The translations under genes were made by a program, and so were the position numbers. Below the pieces are notes generated by a model, which was given only the letters and a program-made list of their open reading frames with translations, searched no databases and had not been told where the DNA came from. A stretch of DNA of 64,000 bases from Oopsacas minuta (lineage: Eukaryota > Animalia > Porifera), in contig JAKMXF010000296.1 in the NCBI GenBank assembly GCA_024704765.1, positions 408,465 through 472,464 on the forward strand. The letters are read 5' to 3'. Shown here piece after piece: positions 36,520-50,332 of the stretch; within the stretch, counting starts at the first letter, position 1, and every line of letters starts with the position of its first letter.

Positions 36520-37450
36520 AGTATATTGGTTTCTTTTTTCTATTATCAAGTTGTGAAATGGATTGTCACCATATTTCTTTCTCCAGCAATTTTCAGCGAG
36601 ATATGTATCCAGAAGCTCAGGGTTGCTGGTCATGGATTTTCTCATCTTCTTCTTGGCTTGACGCCAAGTGCTTTCTATTATTTACGTGTGAATCTCTGTT
36701 CCAGGGCACACAAACTGGATATTGTGATTAACAGTCAAATGGGTGAACGTAGCAGGTGGAATAAGATTGTATGAAGCCCACTCATCGCATAGGGCAATAG
36801 TACCCGGTTTGATATATTGTTCTATAATATGAATCAATGTAGAAGCTCATCTATCTCCAACTGTGACCATGAAAGCTTCTTTGGTCACTCTATCAATCCC
36901 ACCAAACACCCATTTTCCTGATGGTTACCTTCCTCGATGGTACTTTCTTTTCCCAAACTTCCTTTCATCGATCTCAACAGGCATGCCCATACACTCTGAT
37001 TGGTTCGGGATTAGAGAGGTACTCCTCCACACAGATATCCCTCAAGAAATTTTCCAATCCAGGATGGCATTTGAAGACCACTTAGGATCTAGGGTTAAGA
37101 AATGTGTACTTTGCAGTCCTTCTGCCCCAAAATACAAAAATTCCACCAACTGAGTAAGAGGAATATTTGATACCTCAAAGATGATCCTACTCGGAGGGAT
37201 GCAATTTCTTGCAACCCTTTTCACGACATCTCCAACCTCTTCCTTCGTACACCTTAGAAATTACGCCTTCCGACATGTTTGTCCCGCATTTACATCTCGT
37301 ACCTTTTGCTAATAATCCGTGAACCCTCAATCAATCGATACAATTGTCACGATTGATTGTTATCCTTAAGAATAATTCCTACAATCCAATCTCATCGACA
37401 AACGGAAAAGATGTAGACATCATTACAGGTCTAAACATGTGCGTAGTCAT
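36520..37450 (-). pseudogene. Merlin transposase, degraded copy 3
   Basis: VEIDE.KFGKRKYHRGR..GKWVFGGID, CDEWASYN, TVNH, ESTW.QAKKK, MTSNPELLDTYLAENCWRKK. Confidence 0.85.
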
Positions 37451-37759
37451 GAAAATTGCGACAATCGTGGATGATACAAGTTTGACATGATATGCAGTTG
37501 TATTTCTGATATCGAAATATATTGTTTATATTCATAGAGATTGCTTAGATCTGTCTACTTGGAGATGATCCACACTATTGATTTGCTTTTTATCACTCAG
37601 ATAGAAAAATCAATTGTTACTTTTTGAACCACGAAACAGCCAAACTTCGTTAACATGCAAGAAAAAGTATACACAATCCATTTAAAAATGTGAAATAATA
37701 TACAAATGCAAATACTTAGCATGATGAACAAGATAATTCATCAACAGCCCATTATAATT

Positions 37760-40700
37760 CAGGCTCGTGGCTACGGGGGCAAAGGGCGGGCGGTTGCCCC
37801 CACAAGATAAATTTGGAATTTTTCGTTCTTATATACAATGTAGTTAGATAATTAGTAATATTGCTCTGTTAGCAACCAGCTTTTGGGTCCCAAACGGGAT
37901 TATAATGTTAATTTCGTGGCCCTATTAGCAACCAAATCTCTGCAAAATCCGAGTTGCTAATAAGCGAACTCCACTGTAGTTAATAGCCCATGTACTTCAA
38001 CTGCATCGTCAAGACTATGAAAATAGTAACTCGCGTTGCGATGATGGTTTTAATACTAGACAGGAAGTAACGCTGATTGATAGTAAACTTGTTCTATTTT
38101 GACAGGCACTGAATTTCTACTATAATTTTAATTGAATTACCACGACCGCTAGTAATTGTTGTGAGAAGTTAGACTGTCCATTGAAGTAATTGAAGCGTAG
38201 GTGATGCTCTTAGGGTTTCAGATTTCAAAGCTTGTTTTGAAATTTACACATGAGTGAAGCCAATTTCAGATATTCTCTATAAGTTATAAAGTCACTCTAA
38301 ATCATCATATCTTTCACATTTCAGTTCTACAATCAGTTCAGTGACTCATATCTCTAACAATTCTGGATTACTAAAAGACTACAACAAAGCAAAGTTCAGG
38401 CATATTTTAAAAGAAGTCGAATAGAAATCGAAGATCATGTCGTCTCTTCAAATTATGACGAGGTAGAGACTGTTGTTACGAGTCTTCAAGTTGTGACCCC
38501 TAAAACTTCCGATTCTTGTACAACTATTTCAACTCCGAGTTTAAACACGACTCATATACAATAACCAATTGTGACTGTAAATGATTTGTCCAAAAATGGT
38601 GAGAAACCGGGCAGCCTTCTATTATCTTCCCAAAAAATGAGGCCGGTAGACATTTTAGTACTCATTGGTATGCCCAATTCTCCTGGATAGAGTATAGCAA
38701 AGAACTCGATGCTATATTTTGCCAACCGTGTCGGTATTTTGGAGGATCAACAGCTGAAGGAACGTTATCAACAAAAGGACTTTGTGACTGGAGGAACTTG
38801 GCGACAAGTGCAGAAAGCACGATAGTTGCGTATCATATGGCACCTGTTGAAACACAGAAAGTCTGGGCAATCCATCAAAGTAGAGGGACGGTTGATAAGC
38901 AACTAGAGCCCAATTTTCGAAATGAGAAATTCATAGATGACAATCGGAAACATTTAATGACTGTTCTCGACATTAGTACTTTTTGTGCCAAACAAGATAT
39001 TCCTTTTCGAGGAGATGATGAATCAGATCAGTCGCTTAATAAAGGGAAATTTATTGAAATATTAGAACTACTAGGAAAGTATGATAGCAATGTGACCAAG
39101 AGGATAGAAAGTCTTCCAAGAAATGCAAAAATGCTAAGTCCAGATATTCAAAATGATTTGCTTACATCACTCGCTTCAGTGCTTCTAGACTATGTTAAAG
39201 TGAAGTAGAAATTGCGTTTTGTTATGCTATTCTAGCTGACGAAGTAAAAGATGCATCTAAGAAGGAGTTGTTAGCTGCTTCTTTGCGATATATCCATAAA
39301 GGTAATGTCCGAGAAAGAGCTATTGGCTTTATTGAATTGAGGGACATGGATGTGGGCACCATCTCTGAAAAACTGATAGAGCTACTTAAGCCTTTTGAGC
39401 TCGATCCTCTGAAATGTGTAGGGCAGGGTTACGACGGGGCTAGTGTTATGTCAGGAATACACGGTGGTGTCCAAGCCCGCATGAAAGGAGCAGGTTATCG
39501 CAATGCTACATATGTTCATTGTGCTTCACATAGGCTTAACTTAGTATTAGCTTCAACTGCTGAACGACATCCTCTGATGAAATCTTTCACTGATATATCG
39601 GATTTGACGTATTCGTTCATGAATGGAACAAAGCGACATGCACTTTTCATAGACGTCCAGGATGAGCGCTATCCCAACGTCCAAGCTCTCGAACTTGCAC
39701 GTTCATGTAGTACTCGTTGGTCTTCCCGTTCTTTGGAGGTGGAAAGGTTTCTGCGTCGGTTTGATTGCATACTTGATACTTTAAGCATATTTGGAAATGA
39801 TAATGATGCAGACACAAGTTTAGCAGCTAAATCTTTACTAGGTAGTCTACAAACAAAGAAATTTATGACAATCTTAGTTTACTTTGGTAAGCTGTATGAT
39901 TACTCTGATTTTTGGACTAAAGCTTTCAGAAGTCGACAGCAACTGTTTCTTCTTGTTTGATATTACTTGCCGATCTGAGGGAAAGGTTGATCAATTTCGA
40001 TTTTCACAAGGTTGTCGAATATGCCAAGTATTTGTCCGGTAAATATGAAATCGTAAATTTTGATGTAGAGACACAATTAGGCAACGGCGTCTTCCAGAAA
40101 GGTTTAGAGAAGGACATCTAAATAGCTCTGTTGGACACACAAACCATTCAACTTTGAAGATCTTGAAATATTGTTGCGCCAAAATGTCCGCGAGATCTTA
40201 GCAGAATTGGATGCCCGTTTTGGTACAGATCAATCAGGCATCATGAAGGTTGCTGATGGTTGCTTACCAAGGTCTCAAAACTTTCTTAACAAACAGGAAT
40301 TGAATACACTATCTGAACTGTATGCAATAGATATCAAAGATTGTGAAATAGAAGTTTCCGTTCGTTTATTACTCGGATAGATGAATCTCAGCTAAATACT
40401 TTCATCGATGTACTGGATGTGATTGACAAAGATATTTCCCTGATGTTTTCAACTTATACCAAATTCTTATGACTATCCCTCAGGCGTCTTGCAAGGTTGA
40501 GAGAATGTTCTCATCTGTTAAGAGAATAAAAACACGTTTGCGCTCACAAATGACCACTGAGCATCTCAACCATCTTGCCCTGCTATCTATTGAAAAAGAT
40601 ATTGCAGAAACACTTTGTTATAATGATGTGATCGAACAATTTATGCAGATGAGGCACCGTTGCTTTCTTTTGTAATGTTAAATAGCAACCCTGATTTGAG

Positions 40701-40924
40701 TTTAGTATCTTAATAAATGCTCTTACTATAATGTAGACTAGTCCAGTGTTCCCTAGCTTATTAATCTGGTACTTTATGAATTAAAAAGTTATACATGTAA
40801 GAAAGGAGACTTACTCGTACTTGTTATACACAAGTAAATAACTTTTTTAAAATATTTATCCCTGCAATTGCCCTCCCGAAATAATTCTTGTCCCCCTGAA
40901 TGTCTTGCTATAGCTACGTGCCTG
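37760..40924 (+). mobile_element. hAT element (ZMYM1/P52rIPK-like transposase), degraded, 3165 bp
   Basis: TIRs caggctcgtggcta and (reverse complement) caggcacgtagcta; perfect 8-bp TSD ttataatt. Motifs: QDIPFRG, GQGYDGASVMSG, YVHCASHRLNLV, STRWSS, SCKVERMFS. Confidence 0.95.
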
Positions 40925-42259
40925 TTATAATTCATTGTTTTTATGATGTTATGAGTTTGTTCCAACACGCATAGCGGATAGCCATCTCAAACTTGTAGAG
41001 GAATACTTAGAATATGTTAAAAGCGGTTTATTTTTATTAATTACAATTCACCGAAGGGTGTATTCACTCATTCATGCTGGTTCTTTGCCTTTCCTATAGA
41101 TTATAATATTAAATTTAACCTTTTGTACTGCTCTATATTTTGAAACATGACTATTTCCGAAAATTATTCATTACTCTAATAGCAAACAGCCGTATAACCA
41201 AGTACGCGAAAGCCTCCTTATCCTACAGTTCAGGCGGTCCTGTATCAAGCAACTCCCTGAACTATAAGATGCAGAGTCTTTAACGGACTTTGTTATAAAC
41301 TGCTTGTTACTGGAGTAATGAATAATTTTCGTCCTTATTCCAGTTTCCTTAATATGGGATTTTGCTCGAATTTTAGCCTTAGTCGGTGAATCCAATGCTG
41401 TATTTTACTAATAAAATTGAATTGATTCACAAAGAAACTCTTGCGTTTGTTATTCAAAGTTGCTAGATAGAGCATCCCACAACCCCATGCAAAAATAAAG
41501 TCATTAGATCTTACAAGTTCCTCAATCAATTCCAAACAAACAACCAAAAGATATGCATACCATGAAACAAACTTTCAGGGAAATTGGTTGCAATAGAAGT
41601 TTCATACAAGTGTAAAAGGTGCCTGTGTTAGAGTATGATTGAATTGAATCCCGAAAATTTGGTCCCAGGAAATTTCGTTCCTGAATTTCGTTCCCCGGAA
41701 ATTTGGTCCCGGAATTTTCGTTCCCCGCATTTTTCCTCCCCAGGTGATTCTCTCTCCCTGTTCTTCAGGTTATATTCGTGCATCTAGAGGATAAATATGG
41801 TTTAATTAATTATTGAAATTGATATGTGAGGAATATACAGTAGTCAAACTCTAAATAGTATGCGATTCCCCTAAGATATGTTGTTATATCCCGATTCTCA
41901 TAATCTCAAACAAGTAACTGTACACGCTCATCTCATTTAATGGACTTTTTGCTGCGTACTATTGTATCACCAGACTCCCACTTTATCAGTTTGGCCTCTT
42001 GTAGTGACTGTTGTTGTTGCAAATATTTGGACAGCTTTGACACACTAAGGTGGGAACAACCAATACTAGAATTGAATGCATTGTGCCATCCCTAAACTAT
42101 GTTATTAGTTCGTGGTACAGTGAAACCTCTGGAATCGGGGCACTTGAATTTCGCGAGAATATTTTCCCATACAAGTGAACCTCTGGAATCGGGGAAATAG
42201 AGACAATCGGGGAATCGGGGCAAACCCTGAAAATCTAATTCTTTCAGCTTGCATGGAAC

Positions 42260-44276
42260 TGTTGGGTGAGATTGTAACTCATTAGTATTATTAGACCAGG
42301 GACAGCCTTTCACCGTGAGATTTTAACTCATCTATATTAAACGACTGTGAATTTGCAGGATATTCGACCAGGATCATTTCAATCACTAATTTGTCCTACT
42401 TGTACTCATCAGATTTACCCGAAATTAATATCATTCAGTAGAGGAGTGTTGAACGTTGTATAAAATATAATTTTCTTAAACATTTATAAACTTTACCTAT
42501 CTATTTTGCCATGACGAGTAGGGTCGCTTCTCTATTAAATCGACGACCTAAACGTGAGAATACAAATCTGAAATATTGTGTCTATATTTGTGACCCATGG
42601 ACGTTTATGTAAATTAAATTTCACCCCAAATTCCTGAAACTCGAGGAGATACAAGTGTTCAAAATTGAAGTCAGAGTTATATTGGAGAGGGTGAGTATCA
42701 TTTTACAAAGGTAGGATCAGTCTAAACTGAAATTTGATATCCCAAATCGTAGTCAAATTATTATATTTTGATGACTATCGATAGTTGAGACATGGGTGTA
42801 TACCATTATGTCGCTATATTCCTGAAATTCTGAAAGATACAGTCACAATGGGGTTATAAAAATGGCACAATTGTCGTTTTATATATATTTTCGAAATTTC
42901 AATTTAGGCTCAAATTTCAAAATAATTCATTCCCAGAATCGCCTGAAACTTTACAAGCTCCTTCTTTCATATTATGTCATTCAATTTTCTTTAAAAAATA
43001 TACAGAGGTCGCTAGTACTTTTCTAATGAATATTACAAAAATTAATATTTTGTGAAAATATGTTTGTCCACTAGCCGTATCATTACTCACATTGTCTAAT
43101 ACAATACTAGATCATCTCATAAGACTAATGAGCATGACTGTTATTTACGCATTAAGTAACACATATTATAACTCTTCTCTTGGGGTTCCCATTCTAATGT
43201 TGCTACGACAAACGAATAATTAAACCGCAAAATACTGAAATTCCGAATTACATTTTTATTTTTATCCATCACAACGAAATCTATATATTGACAAATAATG
43301 TTTATTCGTTTGTTGTAGCAACATTAGAATGGGAACTCCAAGAGAAGAGTTATAGCATGTGTTACTTCATGCGTAAATAACAGTGATGCTCATTAGTCCT
43401 ATGAGATGATCTAGTATTGTATTAGACAATGTGAGTATTGATACGGCTAGCGGACAAACATATTTTCACAAAATATTAATTTTTGTAATATTCATTAGAA
43501 AAGTACTAGCGACCTCTGTATATATTTTAAAGAAAATTGAATGACATAATATGAAAGAAGGAGCTTGTAAAGTTTCAGGCGATTCTGGGGATGAATTGTT
43601 TTGAAATTTGAGCCTAAATTGAAATTTCGAAAATACGTATAAAACGACAATTATGCCATTTTTATAACCCCATTGTGACTGTATCTTTCAGAATTTCAGG
43701 AATATAGCGACATAATGGTATACACCCTGTCTCTTATACACATGTCTCAACTATCGATAGTCATCAAAATATAATAATTTGACTACGATTTGGGATATCA
43801 AATTTCAGTTTAGACTGATCCTACTTTTGTAAAATGATACTCACCCTCTCCAATATAACTCTGACTTCAATTTTGAACACTTGTATCTCCTCGAGTTTCA
43901 GGAATTTTGGGGTGAAATTTAATTTACATAAACGTCCATGGGTCACAAATATAGACACAATATTTCAGATTTGTATTCTCACGTTTAGGTCGTCGATTTA
44001 ATAGAGAAGCGACCCTACTCGTCATGACAAAATAGATAGGTAAAGTTTATAAATGTTTAAGAAAATTATATTTTATACAACGTCCAACACTCCTCTACTG
44101 AATGATATCAATTTCGGGTAAATCTGATGAGTACAAGTAGGACAAATTAGTGATTGAAATGATCCTGGTCGAATATCCTGCAAATTCACAGTCGTTTATT
44201 ATAGATGAGTTAAAATCTCACAGTGAAAGGCTGTACCTGGTCCAATAATACCATTGAGTTACAATCTCACGCAACA
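42260..44276. mobile_element. Foldback (2-kb palindromic) non-autonomous element with Ginger-like termini
   Basis: Arms 42260-43219 and 43302-44276 with an 82-bp spacer; termini TGTTG...CAACA; TSD GAAC (42256-59 and 44277-80). The palindrome is certain; the Ginger assignment is inferred. Confidence 0.8.
43727..43743 (+). other. 17-nt match to the Tn5/Nextera mosaic end (possible adapter remnant in the assembly)
   Basis: ctgtctcttatacacat equals the first 17 nt of CTGTCTCTTATACACATCT. 14 of these nt are absent from the opposite arm. Confidence 0.6.
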
Positions 44277-44399
44277 GAACTAATACTAAAATCCCCTACG
44301 CAATCGGAGCATCAATACTGAAATCAACTCAATAAATTTTTATTTACGCAAAAACTATCGAAAAAACAATATAAATGCTACACAGAACCATAGTAACAT

Positions 44400-45920
44400 T
44401 AGGAATTGGCTCATCTTAGTCTGCTTCTTATGCTTTTCTGCCACCTTTCTGACCTCGCCAGCGTGTACTGCGCATCACCCAGCGTCGACCTGCTTCCCCT
44501 GATCCTGAAAGAATATCTCCAGGTTGAGGAGAGCCTGGGTGGCAGCACTTGCAGTGATGACGTGGCCAGGCTTACAATCGTTCATCACGACATCAGGTTC
44601 TTCATCAAGGACGGTTACATCGTGGCCTGTGATGGCTCCAGCACTTCATTAATGATTTTCTCATGGTCTTCTACCATAGGTGGATCAGTGATCTCAGCCT
44701 CAAGAGCCAAGAGGTCCAATTTATTAGTCCCCGGATCTTCAGCGGATTCTTCTGTTGGGATCAGTTCTTCGCCTGTCATGATAAACCCAGCCTTTATGAA
44801 ACACCTCTGAACAGTCTGGGAGCCGTTGAGGGAGTTCCAGGCCCTGCTCAACCATACACACACACACGTATGAGATCCAACCCTGTGGTTGGGTGCCTGT
44901 GAGCGAACACTAGGTTGCACATGTGTTCGTGGAGAAACTTCCTGTACCTCAACTTGAATGCCAGACCAATGCCCATGTCTATCGGCTGGCAGAATGAGGT
45001 GCAATTGGCAGGGAGCCACTCGATGCGGGTGTTAGAGAGGTCATCGTTAGAACAGCGGTCAACACATACCACATGTCCCGAAAAATTATCCAGGAACAAC
45101 ACGCAATCACTATTAGAATGTCGGAACTGTTCATTGGCATTCACCAAAGAATTGTGAAAAATCTCAGAGGTCATCCACCCCATCTTAGAAGCACTCCAGG
45201 AGATACACGGAGGCAGTCTCTTCAGGTCCTGCTTAATGGCGGAGAAGGCACTGGGATGCAGGTATTGGTTGATCACCTCCATAGCCACCAGTGTACCATC
45301 CATCGCAGCGGTAAGAAGTACAGTGATACGTCTCTTGGATATTTTCGCGCCAGCTTTGTCTGCATCTTCCATTATCAAGGTCTTCCTCGGAGTCTGGTCC
45401 CATAGAGACCGATTTCATCCGCGTTCAGTACTTGACACGGCTGGTACTGCGAGAGTATCTCAGGCAGGGTGTTGGCCTTGTAGTCCTCAGCATGCTCCAC
45501 GGGGGCGGATGCACGTTCCCCAGACAGCACTCGAAAGACAATACGGTGACGTACCCTAAAAGCCTCTAACCAGCCGTTCGAAGCCTTGAACCCTTACTGC
45601 CCAGCGATATCTTTGGAAATGTGGAGAGCCATAGCTTGTAAAATTAGTCTTGTTACGATGCAATTTTCTCCCTGCAGGTATGAATAAACTGCAGCAGTTT
45701 GTTCTCGACCTCATCAGGTGTCTTCTTCTTCTCGATACGCTTCCTCTCCTCGTCCATACACTCGATGTCGATGTCCAAGTCCAGCCACAGCTGATGCGCT
45801 CGACAGTACCCTTGGAGGTTTCGTACTTCAACACTAGGCTCGCATGTGTAGCACCAGCCTGCAATTCCTTCATGACTGCCCCTTATCCAGAACAGAGATC
45901 GTTCCTAGCCTTCTTCATGG
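44400..45920 (-). pseudogene. Tigger/TIGD-like transposase pseudogene (DD36D by my count), GC-rich
   Basis: HTH region, FKASNGW, NADE, KISKRRITVLL, VLFLDNFSGH...WLPANCTSFCQPID; several frameshifts. Confidence 0.9.
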
Positions 45921-46972
45921 GTAAATGTAGCGTAGAAATTAATATTCTATTATGCGAGTACGTAACAGTAAAATCTCTAAAAAGTGAACACCTTTGGAAC
46001 CAGCAAAATTTTCACTTTAGAGAGGTGTTCAAGATAAGCAATATGTAGCAGAATGAAATATTTTAATGTTACAGCGTGACTAGCAATACGAAACAATAGT
46101 ACGACATAATGTGAACTACATATATACGGAAAATGATGAATTTGACACAATACCACACTGAAATCCAGAATCGGGGAATTTTCACAATCGGGGCGTCAGA
46201 AAATTTCCCAGTATCCAGCATGCCCCGATTCCAGAGGTTTCACTGTAGTTGTTGACGTACCCTTCGTATATGTTCCAGATTCTCATAGGATAGGGCGGGA
46301 TCCTTCTACTGTTATTAGGAAGCTTTTTTACCAATATAGTTATCTTCAAAATAAGTAGCAACTTCTAGAACAGATTTTGGAAAATCGGCCATCAGGATAT
46401 TGAAACAGTCAATTACATCTTATTCTGGCACAAAAGCAAGCCTGGGAAGCATCTTTAATTTCAGGAGGAATTCTCTATCTTCTTGATAGATGGTTGTTAA
46501 CCCCTCTGATTGTATTTTTCTATATACATTTTGGGAGAGATGAAAGAAGCACCCGGAAATTACAGCGAGAAATTTGTCCTCAAATACATTAAATGCTGCT
46601 TTTTCGAAATCGGTCATTATCGTGGAAGGGGCTAATTGTGTTTGTATTTCGAGGATTTTAGAGAGAAGTCTGTTGTAAGTAGAACCAGATTTATCAGATA
46701 GTAATGCATATACGCAAGGGTAGAAGAATCCATCTGTCTCTGCATGAATGGTATACAACTGAAAAAAATATTCTGGTACTACCTTGAAAGTTCCATCAGC
46801 ATACCAAGTTTCAGATTCTGAAAGAAGAGCGAAGAATTTTGTGTCAGCAAATATAATCAAAGTAAAAATGGCTCCCCTTTAACTACCACTTTGTATTTTC
46901 CGCAATGATTACTTCAGCAGACAGGTAGGATTCCCAGTTTTCTCCAGATTTGCTTTTGTGCATACGGATGAT

Positions 46973-49749
46973 CAGTGGCGTCGTGTTCTATGGGCCCGGG
47001 GGGCTCGGGGCCCCCCAAATTTCATGAGCCGCCTCCGGATAATTTATCTCCCCCTATAGACTAATGCTTTTTGCTTTGGTCTTGATGCATACTACTGATA
47101 GTTGCATCATGTACATAGGCCACCCTTAATTTTTTGTTTTATATATCAATTTAGAACATTATTTGATTCTTTTTTCCTAATTTCGTATAAATTTATTATC
47201 TTTTGTTCGTCAATGAATTTGGATAAATATTTTCACCCTTTGTCACCATGTTCTCCTCCAATTATCCAATCAAGTGATACTTCTACAGATGCAGTACCAC
47301 TAATAGTTCTATAGGATCGGAGACTTCGTTTGTGAATTACTCGTGTTGAACGATGCTATGGGACAAGAATTTGTAGTTCCAGTAGACAGATTACTTCGTG
47401 CTGAATACATCAAATATGGACCTATACGACTGAAACTACCAAATTACTCAACCCTCAGACATTATTTCATGGGAAAATGAGGGCTTTTCAGGCAATTGGT
47501 ATATTTCAAGACCCTGGTTAGAGTATAATAAGTATAATGATTCGGCTTTGTGCTTTCCCTGTCGTGTTTTCGGTTCTGCATTAGATGAATATGATAGAAC
47601 TTTTGTGTAAGATGGATTTAAACAGTGGCCACATGCTTTAGAGAAAAATAGAGGATTCGATAAACATTCAAAAAGTGAAAATCATTCCATGTGCATGGAA
47701 AAATGGACCAGTTATTTACATGAAACTCCGGTAGATGTCCTCATCAGCGAAGATCTGAAGAAAGCATTATCTCTTGCGAATAAAGAAATGCAATCAAGAA
47801 AAGATATTGTTTATCTCCTGATTGATGTAGTTATTACATTAGCTCAATTGAACTTGCCTTTTCGTGGTCATAATGAAGGAGAAGTGTCTGCGAATAAAGG
47901 TGTTTTCAAGGGAATTGTCGAACTTATTTCTCGTTATCACCCACCTTTAATGATTCATCTACAAAAGGGACAAGCAAATCCAAAAGGTTATCCCAGTTAT
48001 TTATCACCTACTTCTCAGAATGAAATGATTCAGTATAGTGCCGAAATCTTGAGGGAAGATATTATTGAAAATATTCAAATAGCTCACTTTTTTCAATTTG
48101 TTTAGATACTACTCCAGATATAGCTAAGAAAGATCAATTATCTATTGTAGTAAGATATGTCAATATAAATGGTGAAATAATTGTATCTCTACATGATTTG
48201 ATTGATGTGGCGAATTGTACAGCTGTAGGGTTAGTGGCAACTATTGTTGAAGTTTTCAGTAAGCACGGATTATTGATCGAATCATTACGTGGTCAAGGTT
48301 ATGATGGATGTGCAACAATGGCTGTGGATATAATGGAGTCCAAAATTTAATTTAAGTAAAGAACCCTAAAGCATATTTTGTACATTGTTATGCGCATCGG
48401 TTAAACTTAGCTATTGTTGATACTTGTAAACGCAATGTGATCACTAGAAATTTCTTTGGAATAATGCAAAAGCTGTACGCATTTACTGAGGGTAGCACAA
48501 AGAGACATGGGTTATTTAAAGATATCCAGATGAAATACTATGCCAGTCAGGGTGTAGGGAAGAAAATAGGCACACTTAAATCACTAAGCGATACTAGATG
48601 GTCTTCCCGTGCAGAGGCATGCCAAGTATTGCTTGAAAATATTAGTGTTCTTCTAAAAGTTCTAGATTCTATTATATACAATGGTAAATATGATTCTGGT
48701 ATAGCGTTTGATGCTCTCTCTCTATCAAAATGTATAGATTTCCAATTTGGTTTATGTTTAGTTACCTTTACAGATATCCTCAAATTGTGTAATATCATTT
48801 CTAAATATCTTCAAAACGAAGATCTTAACATATCATCAGCAAGTCTACATATTGAATCTTTGATTAGTACACTACAAGGATATATAACTGAAGCATATTT
48901 TGATCAATTATATTTACAAGCTGAAAAAATTGCTGAGATTATTGGCGTCACATATAGTGAACCACGTCACAGGAAGGTACCTACAAGGTTGGATGATAGT
49001 GAACACCATGCACCAATAGTGTTAACTGGAAAATATCGTATGAAAGAGCAATTCTTTAATGATGTGATAGAGTTGATTAAAGAAGCGCTTCAGAGTAGAT
49101 TCTCACATGAAACCATGCCTCTTCTCAAATCTATTGAATGCTTAAATCCTCCTAAAGCTGAAAATATACAGGATTTAAGAGTACTATCAAGTTATTATAT
49201 TGGCGACTTCGATGCAGATTTAATAGAATATGAATACAAACTTCTTGCGAAATCAATTGAATTATCCAATATCGGGAAAATTGGAATTCATAAACTTTAT
49301 CTTTATATGGTCAAAGAAGGGATGGCCAAATTATATCCCAATTTGAACATTCTATATAGGTTGATTCTAACACTACCAGTGACATCCTCCGCATGTGAAC
49401 GTTCTTTTTCAACATTAAAGCTTATTTAGACTCGATTACGTAGCACGATGTGTGAAGACAGGTTAAGAAATTTACTGTTGTTGTCCGTTGAATCTAACAG
49501 AATGAAATCAATCAGTAAAACATTTGAGAAGATTCACGAGAGATTTTGGAATACTCCCAGGAAATAGTGATATCAGTACTGAACATATGAACACTAATTT
49601 ACAAATATAATAGTATTTACCATAGATTACTTGAAGTATAGTTTGAACCAAAGAGAGTTCCAGTACTTTTATTATGATATTTATAACTCTTTTGGGATGT
49701 ATTATTGACTCTGTGCCCCCCCGGAAATTTTCCAAGCAGGACGCCACTG
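46973..49749 (+). mobile_element. hAT element (ZMYM1-like transposase), degraded, 2777 bp
   Basis: Termini cagtggcgtc and gacgccactg; perfect 8-bp TSD cggatgat. Motifs: NLPFRGH, GQGYDG, HCYAHRLNL, DTRWSSR, PVTSSACERSFS. Confidence 0.95.
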
Positions 49750-50332
49750 CGGATGATTCTCTTCACAGATTCCAATTTAGGGAGTTATGTAATACTTGAA
49801 GATCCCATTCGCGCGATACCATGTGAGAGAATGACCCTTGTACTTTCTTCACAATTTATTGAACGTTCTTTACTATATTATAACCGCGAAGCATTTCGAT
49901 TCGTACTGGGTTAGATCCATGCGCATGACTAGAATGAATGTCGTTTATCTGTGTCGGTTTGATAATTTCATCTCCTTTAGTGTGCATACGAGCTTTACAC
50001 GTCCCCCGATTTTCACTTACCCACTGTTGTACTTCCAATGACGACTTTGACAATGTATACACGAACCCTTGGAACGTGACTTTATCTTTCCTCCTTATAG
50101 TTTTAACTAATTCGATTTTGAGAGGAGCAGCAGTCACTACAATGTTAAGTTTATGACAAGTGAATAATTCGAGGACTCTGATTGATCTTATTCTTAATAT
50201 ATGAATCCTTCTATTCTACGTGGAGTCTTCACGGATGATATATTTTTACCAGACAGTTGTCAGAAAGTGTACCTTTCAGACCTACGATATGACTAGTATA
50301 AAATATATACATCTATCGTATCTGCAAGACCA

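Larger units (their letters stand above)
42118..46245 (-). mobile_element. pogo/Tigger element
   Basis: Perfect 25-bp TIR cagtgaaacctctggaatcggggca with TA on both sides; subterminal aatcgggg repeats. Confidence 0.95.

Noticed and set aside
44406-46048. Many plus-strand ORFs over 100 aa
   Set aside because: These are antisense or alternate frames of the GC-rich Tigger transposase, where stops are scarce.
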